From Candidatus Portnoybacteria bacterium (GTDB taxonomy: Bacteria; Patescibacteriota; Minisyncoccia; Portnoybacterales; GWB1-42-6), in contig JACQXN010000020.1 in assembly GCA_016208745.1 (NCBI GenBank), positions 9,062-73,061 on the forward strand: 64,000 nucleotides of DNA, read 5' to 3'. Positions within the stretch are counted from its first letter, which is position 1. Every line of letters begins with the position of its first letter. The notes under the pieces were generated by a model. The model was given only the letters and a program-made list of their open reading frames with translations. It made no database searches and was not told the origin of the DNA. The translations under genes were made by a program, and so were the position numbers. This document shows positions 41,251-51,393 of this stretch, one piece after another.

Positions 41251-41835
41251 ATGTTTAGTTCTCTAAAAAAAGAAAATAAAAAAACAGAAGGGGAAACCCA
41301 GAGAGCGGTTCTTAGCCTAGTTAGGCCAATTGCTTCTTTGCCCAAAACAGAGAATGCGCCGCTGGATGATTACGAAGCTCTCGCAGGAGAATTGGGCTTC
41401 AGGCCTGCGCAGCTTTTAAAAGAGCAGGTATTGCGATTTTTGGCCGAGCAAGGGATTCCAATTTTTGATTATGGCGAAGTTGATCGATATTTAACCAACA
41501 CAGTCAAGCAGACAGAAGAGAACTGGATTTGGAGGCCGCTTCGTGAACAGGACAAGCTGGAACATGGATGGAGCGGCCATTGCCCCGAGGGTACTATTCT
41601 TACGCGTGGTCACGGAAGCTATCATAATGAATGGGGATACCGCCCCTACGATAAGGCGGTGCCACTGCCTATTTTGAAGCAAGTTAAAACTATTCAAGAT
41701 CGCTTAGGGGATCAAGTCTCATTCTTTGTCAGCGACTATGCTGCTGTGAATCCTGATCCTTTCATTATGCTCACCGCTGTTGACTTGGGAATAATCGTCT
41801 TCGGCGTTTGGGACGAGCCGGGATTTGGAGTATAG
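41251..41835 (+). CDS. Orphan hypothetical protein cassette
   Basis: TTGACA-17-TATGCT (41196-41224), GAGGAGG SD, downstream hairpin GCCGCTTAG/CTAGGCGGC. Confidence 0.72.
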   Translation: MFSSLKKENKKTEGETQRAVLSLVRPIASLPKTENAPLDDYEALAGELGFRPAQLLKEQVLRFLAEQGIPIFDYGEVDRYLTNTVKQTEENWIWRPLREQDKLEHGWSGHCPEGTILTRGHGSYHNEWGYRPYDKAVPLPILKQVKTIQDRLGDQVSFFVSDYAAVNPDPFIMLTAVDLGIIVFGVWDEPGFGV

Positions 41836-41967
41836 GGGGTCGCTTGCTCCCGTGTGTTAAGTTGAATATTCTTTATCGCCGCTTAGATTTCCTAGGCGGC
41901 TCTTTTATTTAAAATTGGGAGACAGGACTAGCTTAAAAGCCTTTCTACTGATAAAATAAACGAATAT

Positions 41968-42570
41968 ATGACAAATCAAATATTCCAAAAAATAGTTAAA
42001 GAATCTCAGTCAATATTAGAGGGGCTCGCCAAGAAAAACGGTTGGTCGTGGTTTATTAATATGCATCAGAAAGAAGTGATAAAGTATGCAAGTAGACTAT
42101 TGAAAATTTATAAAAAAGCAGACAGGAAAATAGTTTTAATTTCATGTTGGTTGCATGATATCGCCCATTTATATGCTAAAGATGGTGAAGAAATTACAAT
42201 GGTTAAAAAGGATCATCATATAAATAGCGCTAAAATAGCCGAACAAATTTTAAAAAAATACAATATTGAGGAGAAGGAAATCGACAGAATTAAAAATTGT
42301 ATTTTAAGACATAGAAACGCAGGTTTGCATAAGGCAAGAAGTTTAGAGGAAAAAGTTGTTGCTGTAGCCGATACTTTATCGCATTTTGGAAGCATTTTTT
42401 ATTTTACCTATTTTAAATTTCATCCCCATCGTTCCCTAGAGAGAATGGTGAAAGACGACCTGGCAAAATTGGAGAGGGATTGGCGGGATTTACAGCTTTT
42501 GCCGGGCGCAAGGGAGTTGGTTGAGGCTGAATACAAAGTCTTAAAAAGACTGCTAGGAAATTATAAGTAA
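41968..42570 (+). CDS. HD domain protein
   Basis: H...LHDI...HH...H...AD metal ligands. Confidence 0.88.
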   Translation: MTNQIFQKIVKESQSILEGLAKKNGWSWFINMHQKEVIKYASRLLKIYKKADRKIVLISCWLHDIAHLYAKDGEEITMVKKDHHINSAKIAEQILKKYNIEEKEIDRIKNCILRHRNAGLHKARSLEEKVVAVADTLSHFGSIFYFTYFKFHPHRSLERMVKDDLAKLERDWRDLQLLPGARELVEAEYKVLKRLLGNYK

Positions 42571-42682
42571 AATAGTCCTAATCTATTTGTGAATCATAGT
42601 CTCGATTAAATAGATGACCCCTTGCGGCAAGCCTAAAAATGTTTTAATATATATTTAATCCGTTTAATGCTAATATTATTTT

Positions 42683-43231
42683 ATGAAAACCTTTGGACTT
42701 TTTGTGTGGGAAATATTTAAGATAGTGATTATTTCTTTGGCGATCATTATCCCGATTCGTTATTTTTTGGTTCAGCCGTTTTTCGTCAAAGGCGCCTCAA
42801 TGGAGCCAAATTTTGAGGATAATCAGTATCTGCTAATTGATGAGATATCGTATAGGTTTAGAGAGCCGCAGAGAGGAGAAGTGGTAGTTTTTAAATACCC
42901 GCTTAAGCCATCGGAATTTTATATCAAAAGAATTATTGCTTTGCCCGGAGAATCAGTCCAGATAAAAGATAGCAAGATTTCTGTTTACAACAAAGAACAT
43001 CCGGATGGTTTTTCCCTAGATGAATCCAGCTACCTTGGGACTATTCCTATGTCTGACGAGCCCAAAATTACCTTAAAGGAAAATGAGTTTTTCGTTTTGG
43101 GCGACAATCGCCAAGCCAGTTATGATTCAAGGCGCTGGGGGCCTTTGCCCCGCGAAGATTTAATCGGGCGAGTTTGGATAAGAGTTTGGCCACTAGCCCA
43201 AGCGCAGGCGATCGGAGCGCCGGCATATTAA
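42683..43231 (+). CDS. lepB: Signal peptidase I
   Basis: GASMEP, YIKRIIALPGE, LGDNR..SYDSR. Confidence 0.95.
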   Translation: MKTFGLFVWEIFKIVIISLAIIIPIRYFLVQPFFVKGASMEPNFEDNQYLLIDEISYRFREPQRGEVVVFKYPLKPSEFYIKRIIALPGESVQIKDSKISVYNKEHPDGFSLDESSYLGTIPMSDEPKITLKENEFFVLGDNRQASYDSRRWGPLPREDLIGRVWIRVWPLAQAQAIGAPAY

Positions 43232-43342
43232 TAAATTAAAAATTAAAATTTAAGAATTAAAAACGACATTTAAAAAATAAAAACAGAAAAATCCTAATTT
43301 TTTACTTTTTCATTTTTACTTTTTAAATTGAGCGGAGCGAAC

Positions 43343-44644
43343 GTGCCGCGAAAAAAAACAAAACTTTTGCAGGCGCCGCGAGGCACCTACGATATTCTAC
43401 CCGAAGACCAAATTTATTGGGAGCGGGTTTTTCGGGTGGTTAAAGAATTAGCCAATGATTATGGTTTTGAAAAAATTGACACGCCTATTATTGAAGACAC
43501 AGAGCTTTTTATTAAAGGCACAGGCCAGACGACCGATATAGTTGAAAAGCAAATGTACACTTTAAAAACAAAAGGCGGCTCCAGCCTTACCCTGCGGCCC
43601 GAAGGCACGCCGGGCATTATCCGCGCGTATCTTCAAAACGGCCTTTTTAACCTTCCTCAACCCTTAAAGCTTTTTTATTTTGGTCCGATGTTTCGCCATG
43701 AGCATCCTCAAGCCGGCCGCTTCAGGCAGTTTTATCAATTTGGTTTTGAAACGATTGGCGGGACCGAACCGGTTTTGGATGTTCAGATCTTGCAGCTTTT
43801 TTTGCATATTTTAAAAGACTTAGGCCTAAAGAAGATAGGTGTCCAAATCAATAGCCTCGGCTGTCCCAAATGCCGACCAGCTTTCAGGCGCGCTTTAATA
43901 GACTATTATAAAAACAAAAAACAGAAAATTTGTCCGGATTGCGAGCGGCGTCTAAAAATAAATCCATTGCGCCTGCTTGATTGCAAAGAAGAAAAATGCC
44001 AGCCGATTAAAGTCGGCGCGCCTTTATTTCTTGATTATTTATGCCAAGAATGCCATAATCATTTCAAAAGCGTCTTGGAATTTCTGGATGAGTTGGAAAT
44101 GCCGTATTTTTTAAATAATCATCTGGTTCGGGGATTGGATTATTACACTAAGACGGTTTTTGAGGTTTGGTTTGACGAGAAAAAAGATGAGGCTTCTCAA
44201 GCCCCTCTTGCTTTGGGCGCTGGCGGCCGTTACGATGATTTGGTAAAGCAGCTGGGCGGCAAAGCAACGCCGGCAGTAGGCATGGCAGCTGGCATTGAGC
44301 GGATAATTGCTTTAATGAAAGAGCAAGAAGTTAAAATTTCTCCTCGTTTGGCCCCGAAAGTATTTTTAGTTCAGCTTGGCGAGCTTGGCCAGAGAAAAGT
44401 CCTAAAGCTTTTTGAAGAATTGCATCAGGCAAATATCTCGGTCGCCGAATCAATTAGCAAGCCCAGCATTAAATCGCAATTAAAAATCGCTGATCGGCTC
44501 GGCTCTAAATTTTCTTTGATTTTGGGCCAGCAGGAAGCACTTGATGGCTCGGTGATAATCAGAGATATGGAGAGCGGCGTTCAGGAAACACTGCCTAAAG
44601 ATAGGGTTATTAATGAACTTAAAAAGAGATTAGCGAAGAAGTAA
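43343..44644 (+). CDS. hisS: Histidyl-tRNA synthetase
   Basis: LRPEGT, MFRHEHPQAGRFRQF, RGLDYY, GGRYD; GTG 43343 or TTG 43328 start. Confidence 0.97.
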   Translation: MPRKKTKLLQAPRGTYDILPEDQIYWERVFRVVKELANDYGFEKIDTPIIEDTELFIKGTGQTTDIVEKQMYTLKTKGGSSLTLRPEGTPGIIRAYLQNGLFNLPQPLKLFYFGPMFRHEHPQAGRFRQFYQFGFETIGGTEPVLDVQILQLFLHILKDLGLKKIGVQINSLGCPKCRPAFRRALIDYYKNKKQKICPDCERRLKINPLRLLDCKEEKCQPIKVGAPLFLDYLCQECHNHFKSVLEFLDELEMPYFLNNHLVRGLDYYTKTVFEVWFDEKKDEASQAPLALGAGGRYDDLVKQLGGKATPAVGMAAGIERIIALMKEQEVKISPRLAPKVFLVQLGELGQRKVLKLFEELHQANISVAESISKPSIKSQLKIADRLGSKFSLILGQQEALDGSVIIRDMESGVQETLPKDRVINELKKRLAKK

Positions 44645-44656
44645 TTATAGAAAATA

Positions 44657-44859
44657 GCTACAGAATACAGATTTTATACAGATATACGGATAAATGCCGA
44701 CTGGCGGTTAAGATTACGAGGCTCGTTTTGCCAAGCGGTTAGGTTTTACGTCTTTTTGACGAATGACGCTTGACGCTAAACGATACGAGCTTTGTAACCG
44801 ATAGACGTTAAACGAATGACCAAGTATCTGTATATCTGTACTTATCTGTAATCCGTAGC
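44657..44859. repeat. Family C periodic inverted arms enclosing an unrelated ~120-nt hairpin
   Basis: Right arm TATCTGTATATCTGTACTTATCTGTAATCCGTAG is the reverse complement (2 mismatches) of the left arm at 27811. Confidence 0.85.
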
Positions 44860-44865
44860 CAGATC

Positions 44866-45216
44866 ATGGCTTGTATTTTTTGCAAAATCGCCAGCAAAGA
44901 AATCCCGGCCGATATTTTATATGAGGACGAATTAGTAGTGGCATTTAAAGATGCTAAACCCATTGCGCCGGTGCATATTTTAGTTATTCCCAAAGAGCAC
45001 ATAGAGAGTGTCGCGGATTTGAAAGATAATCACGAAGTATTAGCTGGCCGAATGATTATGGTTGCCAGGAGATTGGCCGAGGAATTAGGAATTTCAGAAA
45101 ACGGCTACAAATTGCTTTTTAGAGTGAGAAAATATGGTGGCCAAGAAGTGCCGCATATTCATTTGCATCTTTTGGGCGGGGCGAGATTGAGCGAGAATAT
45201 TAAACCAGTAGAATAA
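44866..45216 (+). CDS. HIT family (Hint) protein
   Basis: CIFCKI, HILVIPK, HIHLHLLGG. Confidence 0.95.
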   Translation: MACIFCKIASKEIPADILYEDELVVAFKDAKPIAPVHILVIPKEHIESVADLKDNHEVLAGRMIMVARRLAEELGISENGYKLLFRVRKYGGQEVPHIHLHLLGGARLSENIKPVE

Positions 45217-45312
45217 TAGGGCGGCCCGCCTTCGCCCCGCAAATGCGGGGCTTCGGCGAGGCGCTAAATTTTCTAACAAAATTAAAATTTTGAGAAAATT
45301 TGCGAAAGGAGG

Positions 45313-45585
45313 TTGATTATATTGGCAATTGAAGTAAGAAAAAAACAAAAAGAATCAACAGGATCATTATTAAGACGCTTTTCAAGGCGAGTCCAGCAAA
45401 GCGGGGTTTTGTTGCGTGCCAGACGCCAGAGATTTTACAAAAAGCCAAAAACCAAACTTCAGGAAAAACAAAGCGCCCTGCGCGCTACGCAGCTGCGCCG
45501 GCAAAGAGTAAAATTGATGAAGCTGGGGCTGCTTGAAGAGGGCCAGCTGATTCCAAAGGAATTATTAAAGTTTGAGAAAAAATAA
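45313..45585 (+). CDS. rpsU: Ribosomal protein bS21-like
   Basis: VRKK..ES..SLLRRF.RRVQQSG.L...R..RFY.KP; next to yqeY. Confidence 0.75.
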   Translation: MIILAIEVRKKQKESTGSLLRRFSRRVQQSGVLLRARRQRFYKKPKTKLQEKQSALRATQLRRQRVKLMKLGLLEEGQLIPKELLKFEKK

Positions 45586-45667
45586 ATTTTCAGCTGCAAG
45601 AAGAAATTAAAAATCAGGCATCAGAATTTTTATTTTTTACTTCTGATTTTTTACTTTTAACTTTTTT

Positions 45668-46159
45668 ATGACTCTTCGCGAAAAAATTGATCAAGATTTC
45701 AAGGAAGCGTTTAAGGCCCAGAAAGAGGCGCAGGTTTCAACCTTGCGTCTTCTTTTGTCGTCTATAAAAAACAGAGAGGTTGAGAAAAGAACAAAATTGA
45801 GCAAGACAGAAGCAGCAGAAAAATTAGAAGAGTTAAGTAAGCTTGGCGACGAGGAAATCATAGGGGTTATTTCTTCAGAAGTTAAAAAACGAAAGGATTC
45901 AGCCGAGCAATATAAGGCAGGCAATCGCAATGAACTAGCCGAGAAAGAAGAAGCAGAAATCAAAATTCTATCAGTCTATCTGCCCGAGCAATTGGGCGAA
46001 GATGAAATCCGAAAAATGGTCAAGGAAGCAATTCAAAAATCAGGCGCGCAAAGCCAGAAAGAAATGGGAAAAGTGATGGGAATTTTAGCGCCGCAGATAA
46101 AAGGCAAGGCGGATGGCGGCTTGGTGAGTGGGATTGTTAAAGAAGAACTTTACGGTTAG
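45668..46159 (+). CDS. GatB/YqeY domain protein
   Basis: KKRKDS..QY...NR.ELA.KE..E...L..YLP.QL; MGKVMG. Confidence 0.93.
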   Translation: MTLREKIDQDFKEAFKAQKEAQVSTLRLLLSSIKNREVEKRTKLSKTEAAEKLEELSKLGDEEIIGVISSEVKKRKDSAEQYKAGNRNELAEKEEAEIKILSVYLPEQLGEDEIRKMVKEAIQKSGAQSQKEMGKVMGILAPQIKGKADGGLVSGIVKEELYG

Positions 46160-46200
46160 CACTTTTATTTTTCGGCATATCCCTTAGTGAATTTTTTAAA

Positions 46201-46388
46201 CCTACTTTTTGTACCGACAAAAAGTAGGCAAAAAACTCTCGCCAAGCATAAAATTTTGATAAAATCAGACTCGGCTCGCTAAAATTGCTATGCACCCCGC
46301 ATTCTGCGGGGCCCAAAGGCACAGCACGCAATTTTTTAACGCTCGTCTTGCCTCGATTTTATTGCAAAATTTTTGCTATGGCGAAGAG
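46201..46388 (+). repeat. Family F structured repeat, copy 3
   Basis: CCTACTTTTTGT/ACAAAAAGTAGG, CAAAAAACTCTCGCCA...TGGCGA. Confidence 0.85.
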
Positions 46389-46423
46389 GGTATTAAAAAT
46401 GCAGAGGCCTGAACTCTAGATTT

Positions 46424-46816
46424 ATGTTGGAAATCACCAATCTTACAAGGCATAAGATATATGGACGGGAATTAATAGAGGTAGCTCAAAAAGTTTTAAA
46501 AATTGTTGGCAGCGAAAATCTTAAAGAGATTAGCCTGGTTTTCGTTGACGAGAAAAAGATTCAGGAAATCAATAAAAAATACCGCCGTAAAAATAAGCCG
46601 ACTGATGTTTTAAGCTTTGAGGGTTTAAATGAAGTTTTCATTTGTCCTCAGGTAGTCGCAAAACAAGCGCGAGAGCTTGGAGTTAGTTTTGAAAGTGAAT
46701 TGATGAGAGTTTTGGTTCATGGTATATTACATTTAATAGGGCATGACCACGAAAAAAGCGCGAAAGAAGCGGAGAAGATGAGAAAAATAGAAGAGAAAAT
46801 TTTGAGACAGGATTAA
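46424..46816 (+). CDS. ybeY: rRNA maturation RNase YbeY
   Basis: PTDVLSF, HGILHLIGHDH. Confidence 0.95.
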   Translation: MLEITNLTRHKIYGRELIEVAQKVLKIVGSENLKEISLVFVDEKKIQEINKKYRRKNKPTDVLSFEGLNEVFICPQVVAKQARELGVSFESELMRVLVHGILHLIGHDHEKSAKEAEKMRKIEEKILRQD

Positions 46817-46878
46817 TGATGGTAAGCTAATTTTTTAATTTCTTCGCCCACTAAGATAGGCGGGCTGAAATTTTTTTG

Positions 46879-48141
46879 ATGTCCAGACAAAAAATCATCG
46901 TGGGCCTTGATATAGGCTCATCTAATATTAAAGTGGCGGTAGCTCAGCAAAGAGAGCAGGCAGAGCAGGCTTTTCAGATTTTAGGCGTGGGGCAGGCAAA
47001 ATCTTCTGGCATAAGGCGGGGGGTGGTGGTTGATTTGGAAGAAACGATAAGAAATATTAGAGAAGCCGTTATTTGCGCTGAGCGAACCAGCGGCATGCAG
47101 ATTGAAAACGCCATCATCAGTCTTGGCGGCGGTCATTTGGGTTGTCGCCAGAGCAAGGGCGTGATTGCTGTTTCCAGAGCCGATGGGGAAGTTTCAAGAG
47201 AAGATACAGACAGGGCAGTTAGCGCGGCTTCGGCCATTTCTTTGGGCGCTAATCGCGAAATCATTCAGATTATTCCCAAGCAATTTAATGTTGACAATCA
47301 GGGCGCGATAAAAGACCCGGTTGGAATGAGCGGGGTCAGGCTTGAGGTAGATGTTTTAATTGTTGACGGCTCAACGCCTTTTATCAAAAATTTAGTTAAA
47401 TGCCTTTCTGAGGCGGAGGTTGGGATTGAAGGTTTGGTGCCTTCTTCCTTGGCGGCTGCCCGTTCGGTTTTGGATAGACGCCAAAAGGAACTTGGCGTTT
47501 TAGTTTTGGATTTAGGCGGCGGCACGACCGGTTTTACGGTTTTTGAAGAAGGAGAGGTTTTGGATACCTGCGTTTTGCCGGTGGGTTCCGGCCATATAAC
47601 TAATGATTTGGCTATCGGCCTTAGAACTTCTATTGATGTGGCTGAAAAGATTAAATTAGAATACGGTTCTGTTTTGCCTGAGGAAATCAATAAAAGGGAA
47701 ATGATAAATTTAGAAAAATTAGGCGGTGAAGCAGGAGAAATTTCCCGCCAGAAGGTGGCGGAAATTATTGAAGCCAGGATCAGCGAAATTTTTGATTTAG
47801 CGTTGAAGCGCCTAAAGCAAATTGACCGGGCGGGACTTTTGCCGGCTGGCGTTGTCTTGGTTGGCGGCGGAGCTAAATTGCCCGGCTTGGTTGATTTGGC
47901 AAAAGAGAAGTTGAGGCTGCCGGCTCAGGTTGGTTTTCCGATTCAATTTGAAGGGATAGTTGAGCAAATAGATGATCCAAGCTTTGCGACAGTTTTGGGT
48001 TTAGTTTTGTGGAGCGAGGATGAAAGCGGCGAATTTAAAGCGCCAAAAATGCCTTTGGCAAATTTGTCGCGCAATCTTTCAAAAAAGATGAGTCCGCTGA
48101 TGAAAAAATTTAGAAGTTTGATTAAGGGAATAATACCGTAG
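46879..48141 (+). CDS. ftsA: Cell division protein FtsA
   Basis: GLDIGSS, DPVGMSGVRLE, DLGGGTT, AEKIKLEYG. Confidence 0.96.
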   Translation: MSRQKIIVGLDIGSSNIKVAVAQQREQAEQAFQILGVGQAKSSGIRRGVVVDLEETIRNIREAVICAERTSGMQIENAIISLGGGHLGCRQSKGVIAVSRADGEVSREDTDRAVSAASAISLGANREIIQIIPKQFNVDNQGAIKDPVGMSGVRLEVDVLIVDGSTPFIKNLVKCLSEAEVGIEGLVPSSLAAARSVLDRRQKELGVLVLDLGGGTTGFTVFEEGEVLDTCVLPVGSGHITNDLAIGLRTSIDVAEKIKLEYGSVLPEEINKREMINLEKLGGEAGEISRQKVAEIIEARISEIFDLALKRLKQIDRAGLLPAGVVLVGGGAKLPGLVDLAKEKLRLPAQVGFPIQFEGIVEQIDDPSFATVLGLVLWSEDESGEFKAPKMPLANLSRNLSKKMSPLMKKFRSLIKGIIP

Positions 48142-48437
48142 AATTTTTAATTAACCTAATTATTCTAATTTCTAATCAAATCCCAAAATCCCAATACCTA
48201 ATTTAATTTTAAAACAGGGATATCCGGTATTTTATTAGAAATTGGAATTTGGGAATTATTTAGGTCAATTAGAAATTAGGTTAATTAGAAATTCTCCTCC
48301 TGCCTCTTGACAGCTTTCGCCCTTTTGACCTATCCTGATATAATCTTTACATAAAGAAAAATTTCTCAATTTTTTCAAAATCTTTCCCTTCGACAAGCTC
48401 GGGGCAAACTAAGCCCGGGGTATAATTATAAAATATT

Positions 48438-49568
48438 ATGGCGCAAATTAAACCAAACATAGAAACATTTGCTAAAATAAAAGTAGTGGGAGTTGGCGGC
48501 GGCGGCGGCAATGCGGTTTCGCGAATGGCCGATTGCAAAATTCAAGGCGTGGAATTAATTGCTATTAATGCCGACGCGCAGGATTTGCATAGCTGTCTTG
48601 CTCCTCAAAAAGTTCTTATCGGAAAAAATTTAACCAGAGGTCTTGGCGCGGGAATGAATCCAGACATCGGCCGCCAGGCAGCTGAAGAAAACCGCGATGA
48701 AATCCACGAAGTTGTTAAAGGCGCGGATTTGGTTTTTGTTACCTATGGTTTGGGCGGCGGTGTTGGCACAGGAGCCGGGCCGGTGGTGGCCGAAGCAGCC
48801 AGAGATGCAAGCGCTTTAACTGTTGGCGTTGTTACCAGGCCTTTTTCTTTTGAAGGAAATCAGAGGTCTCGTTTAGCTGAAGAGGGCTTAAAGTCGCTGG
48901 CTGATAAGGTTGATGCTTTAATCACTATCCCCAATGACAAACTTCTTTCTATAATTGACCGCAACACTTCTTTATTGGATGCGTTCAAGGTGGTTGATGA
49001 TGTTTTGCGACAAGGCGTTCAGGGGATTTCCGATATAATCGTTACGCCCGGAATTGTTAATGTTGACTTTGCTGATTTGAAGGCGATATTGCAGGGAGCC
49101 GGCTCCGCGCTTATGGGCATTGGATTTGGTTCGGGCGACGATAGAGCAGCCGAAGCCGCGCGTCAGGCAGTAAATTCTCCTTTGCTTGAGGCTTCAATTG
49201 AGGGGGCAAGGGGAGTCGTGTTTAATGTTAGCGGCGGTTCTGATTTAACAATGGCTGAAATCAACGAAGCAGCTAAAATTATTACAGATGCTATTGACCC
49301 GCAGGCCAAAGTCATTTTTGGCGCGGTGACAGATGATAAATTAAAGAAAGGCGAAATAAAGATAACGGTTATTGCGGCTGGTTTTGGCGAACGCCAGGCC
49401 AAAAAAGAGGAAGCGACAACGCGTCTGCCGCTTGATGAAAGAATGATGTCTGCGGCAGCAAAAACTAAAAAACAGCCCGCTTTCACCACATCTCAGGTGA
49501 ATCCTACAGAAGGTCAGGAAGAAGACGAATGGGATATACCGGCTTTTATTAGGAAGAAGATGAAATAA
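48438..49568 (+). CDS. ftsZ: Cell division protein FtsZ
   Basis: GVGGGGGNA, GLGGGVGTG, NVDFAD, DIPAFIRK. Confidence 0.98.
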   Translation: MAQIKPNIETFAKIKVVGVGGGGGNAVSRMADCKIQGVELIAINADAQDLHSCLAPQKVLIGKNLTRGLGAGMNPDIGRQAAEENRDEIHEVVKGADLVFVTYGLGGGVGTGAGPVVAEAARDASALTVGVVTRPFSFEGNQRSRLAEEGLKSLADKVDALITIPNDKLLSIIDRNTSLLDAFKVVDDVLRQGVQGISDIIVTPGIVNVDFADLKAILQGAGSALMGIGFGSGDDRAAEAARQAVNSPLLEASIEGARGVVFNVSGGSDLTMAEINEAAKIITDAIDPQAKVIFGAVTDDKLKKGEIKITVIAAGFGERQAKKEEATTRLPLDERMMSAAAKTKKQPAFTTSQVNPTEGQEEDEWDIPAFIRKKMK

Positions 49569-49586
49569 TCCCAATCCATTTTTTAA

Positions 49587-49615
49587 AAAAGAGCCCATAA
49601 TTACAGGGCTCTTTT
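49587..49615 (+). terminator. Intrinsic terminator after ftsZ
   Basis: AAAAGAGCCC-ATAATTACA-GGGCTCTTTT. Confidence 0.75.
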
Positions 49616-49798
49616 AGTTTTTAATCTCAGTTTTAGCATTAACTGGTTTAATTTATGAGGCATTATCTCTTTTTGCCTCAGTAATATCAGGCGTTCTTTG
49701 AGCCTTGAGAAGATAAAAATATTGACAAACTATCTATTATGTGGTAGCCTAAATAATCCAAAAATAAGGGGGAAAATCCCTTTAACCTACCCATAAAT

Positions 49799-50842
49799 AT
49801 GAGAATTTCTATTCTGATTCCTTGCCACAACGAAGAGCGGTCAATAGAAAGATGCGTCAAATCGTGTTTGGAGCAGACGAGAAAACCCGATGAGATTATC
49901 GTTGTGAACGACGGCAGCACCGATAAAACCGCCCAGATTCTGGCGGGTTTTGGCGACCAAATAAAAGTGGCTAATATTGAAAAGGCGACCGGCAATAAAA
50001 GCTATGCCCAGGAATTTGGGTTGCAATTTATAACCGGCGACATATTTATTGCCACAGACGGGGACACTTTTCTAGACAAAGATTTTGTCAAAACGATTGA
50101 GGAAGATTTTCTTGCCGAGCCCAAGCTGGCGGCAGTTGGTGGCTATGTCAGAAGTTTAAAGTATAATTGGTTGACCGCCTGTCGGGAAATGGATTATATC
50201 CTTGGGCAGGATTTATATAAAGTGGCCCAGGCAAGCATTGATTTCCTTTTTGTTATTCCCGGATGCGCCGGCGCTTTTAAGACGGATATTTTCAGACAAT
50301 ATATTAAATTTGATCACGACACCCTAACCGAAGATTTGGATTTTACATACAAGCTTCATCTTAATTATTTCAAGATTAAATATAACAAAAAGGCGATTTG
50401 CTATACGCAAGACCCCTTTACGCTTGGAGCCTATATTAATCAGATGAGGCGCTGGTTTGGCGGCGGCTGGCAGAATTTGATTAAGAACTTTCGGATTGCT
50501 AACCGGCCGGCCAACGCGCTTGAGCTTTCTTTAATGTATATTGAGGGGCTCATCTTTTCTTCCTGCCTCTTTATTTTCCCTTTGGTTAATATCCTCTTTT
50601 TTGAGCGGTTTATGAGCGCCTATTGCGTTTTTGTGCTTATGCTGGGTCTTTACTGCTCAATTAAAAGAAAAAGAATTGATCTTCTGCTTTTCTCCCCGCT
50701 TTATCTTGTTTTGGTTTTTATAAATTCATGGGTGTTTTTAGAGCAGTTTGTTAAAGAAGTTGTCTTGGGGCGAAAAAATCTGGATTGGTTTAAGCCGGAG
50801 AGATTTAAAAACGAGGAAATGAATCTAGCGCAGAAAATTTAA
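49799..50842 (+). CDS. Processive GT2 glycosyltransferase (PgaC/IcaA/NodC-like)
   Basis: NDGSTD, DGD, TED, QMRRW (D,D,D,QxxRW) and C-terminal TMs. Confidence 0.88.
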   Translation: MRISILIPCHNEERSIERCVKSCLEQTRKPDEIIVVNDGSTDKTAQILAGFGDQIKVANIEKATGNKSYAQEFGLQFITGDIFIATDGDTFLDKDFVKTIEEDFLAEPKLAAVGGYVRSLKYNWLTACREMDYILGQDLYKVAQASIDFLFVIPGCAGAFKTDIFRQYIKFDHDTLTEDLDFTYKLHLNYFKIKYNKKAICYTQDPFTLGAYINQMRRWFGGGWQNLIKNFRIANRPANALELSLMYIEGLIFSSCLFIFPLVNILFFERFMSAYCVFVLMLGLYCSIKRKRIDLLLFSPLYLVLVFINSWVFLEQFVKEVVLGRKNLDWFKPERFKNEEMNLAQKI

Positions 50843-50861
50843 TTTTAAAGGGCAAACTTAT

Positions 50862-51347
50862 ATGCTTCCAAACGGATTATCGCTTATCGTGCATTTACTG
50901 ATTTTATTTTTAGTCTTTCTTAAAAGAACGATTGATTTGGCTATTCAAAAATTAGGATGGTATATTTTAAGATTTAAAATAAGTTTCTGGTTTAGAAAAA
51001 AATTGATTGTTTTTTTAATTGGCCAGCCGGGGAATATATTGTCCAGAAAAATCCTTTCTTATGCGATAGTGCTGTTTGTTTTTTCCGCTATTTCTTCTTT
51101 GATGATAATTTCAATGTGGCCGCGCTTAAGCACAGATTCAAACATAGAGCTTGTTGGGAGCGTATTAAAAAATAATTTTGCGGTTGCTGATGAAAGGGCC
51201 GCGGAAGTCTTTATCAAAGATGATTTTGATGTGGAGTATATCAATGTTTTGCCTTCATCTGATGACATTTCTTATCCGGAGCAAGACGTTTTTGTAGCGC
51301 TCCTGCCGGTTTCTGAAGATATCAAAGAGCCGATTAATAATAATTAA
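50862..51347 (+). CDS. Hypothetical membrane protein
   Basis: Hydrophobic N-half, acidic C-half; in operon position. Confidence 0.5.
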   Translation: MLPNGLSLIVHLLILFLVFLKRTIDLAIQKLGWYILRFKISFWFRKKLIVFLIGQPGNILSRKILSYAIVLFVFSAISSLMIISMWPRLSTDSNIELVGSVLKNNFAVADERAAEVFIKDDFDVEYINVLPSSDDISYPEQDVFVALLPVSEDIKEPINNN

Positions 51348-51393
51348 ACCAACGCTCAAGCCCGGCGCTAGACGCTAATCAACTGACCAAAAA

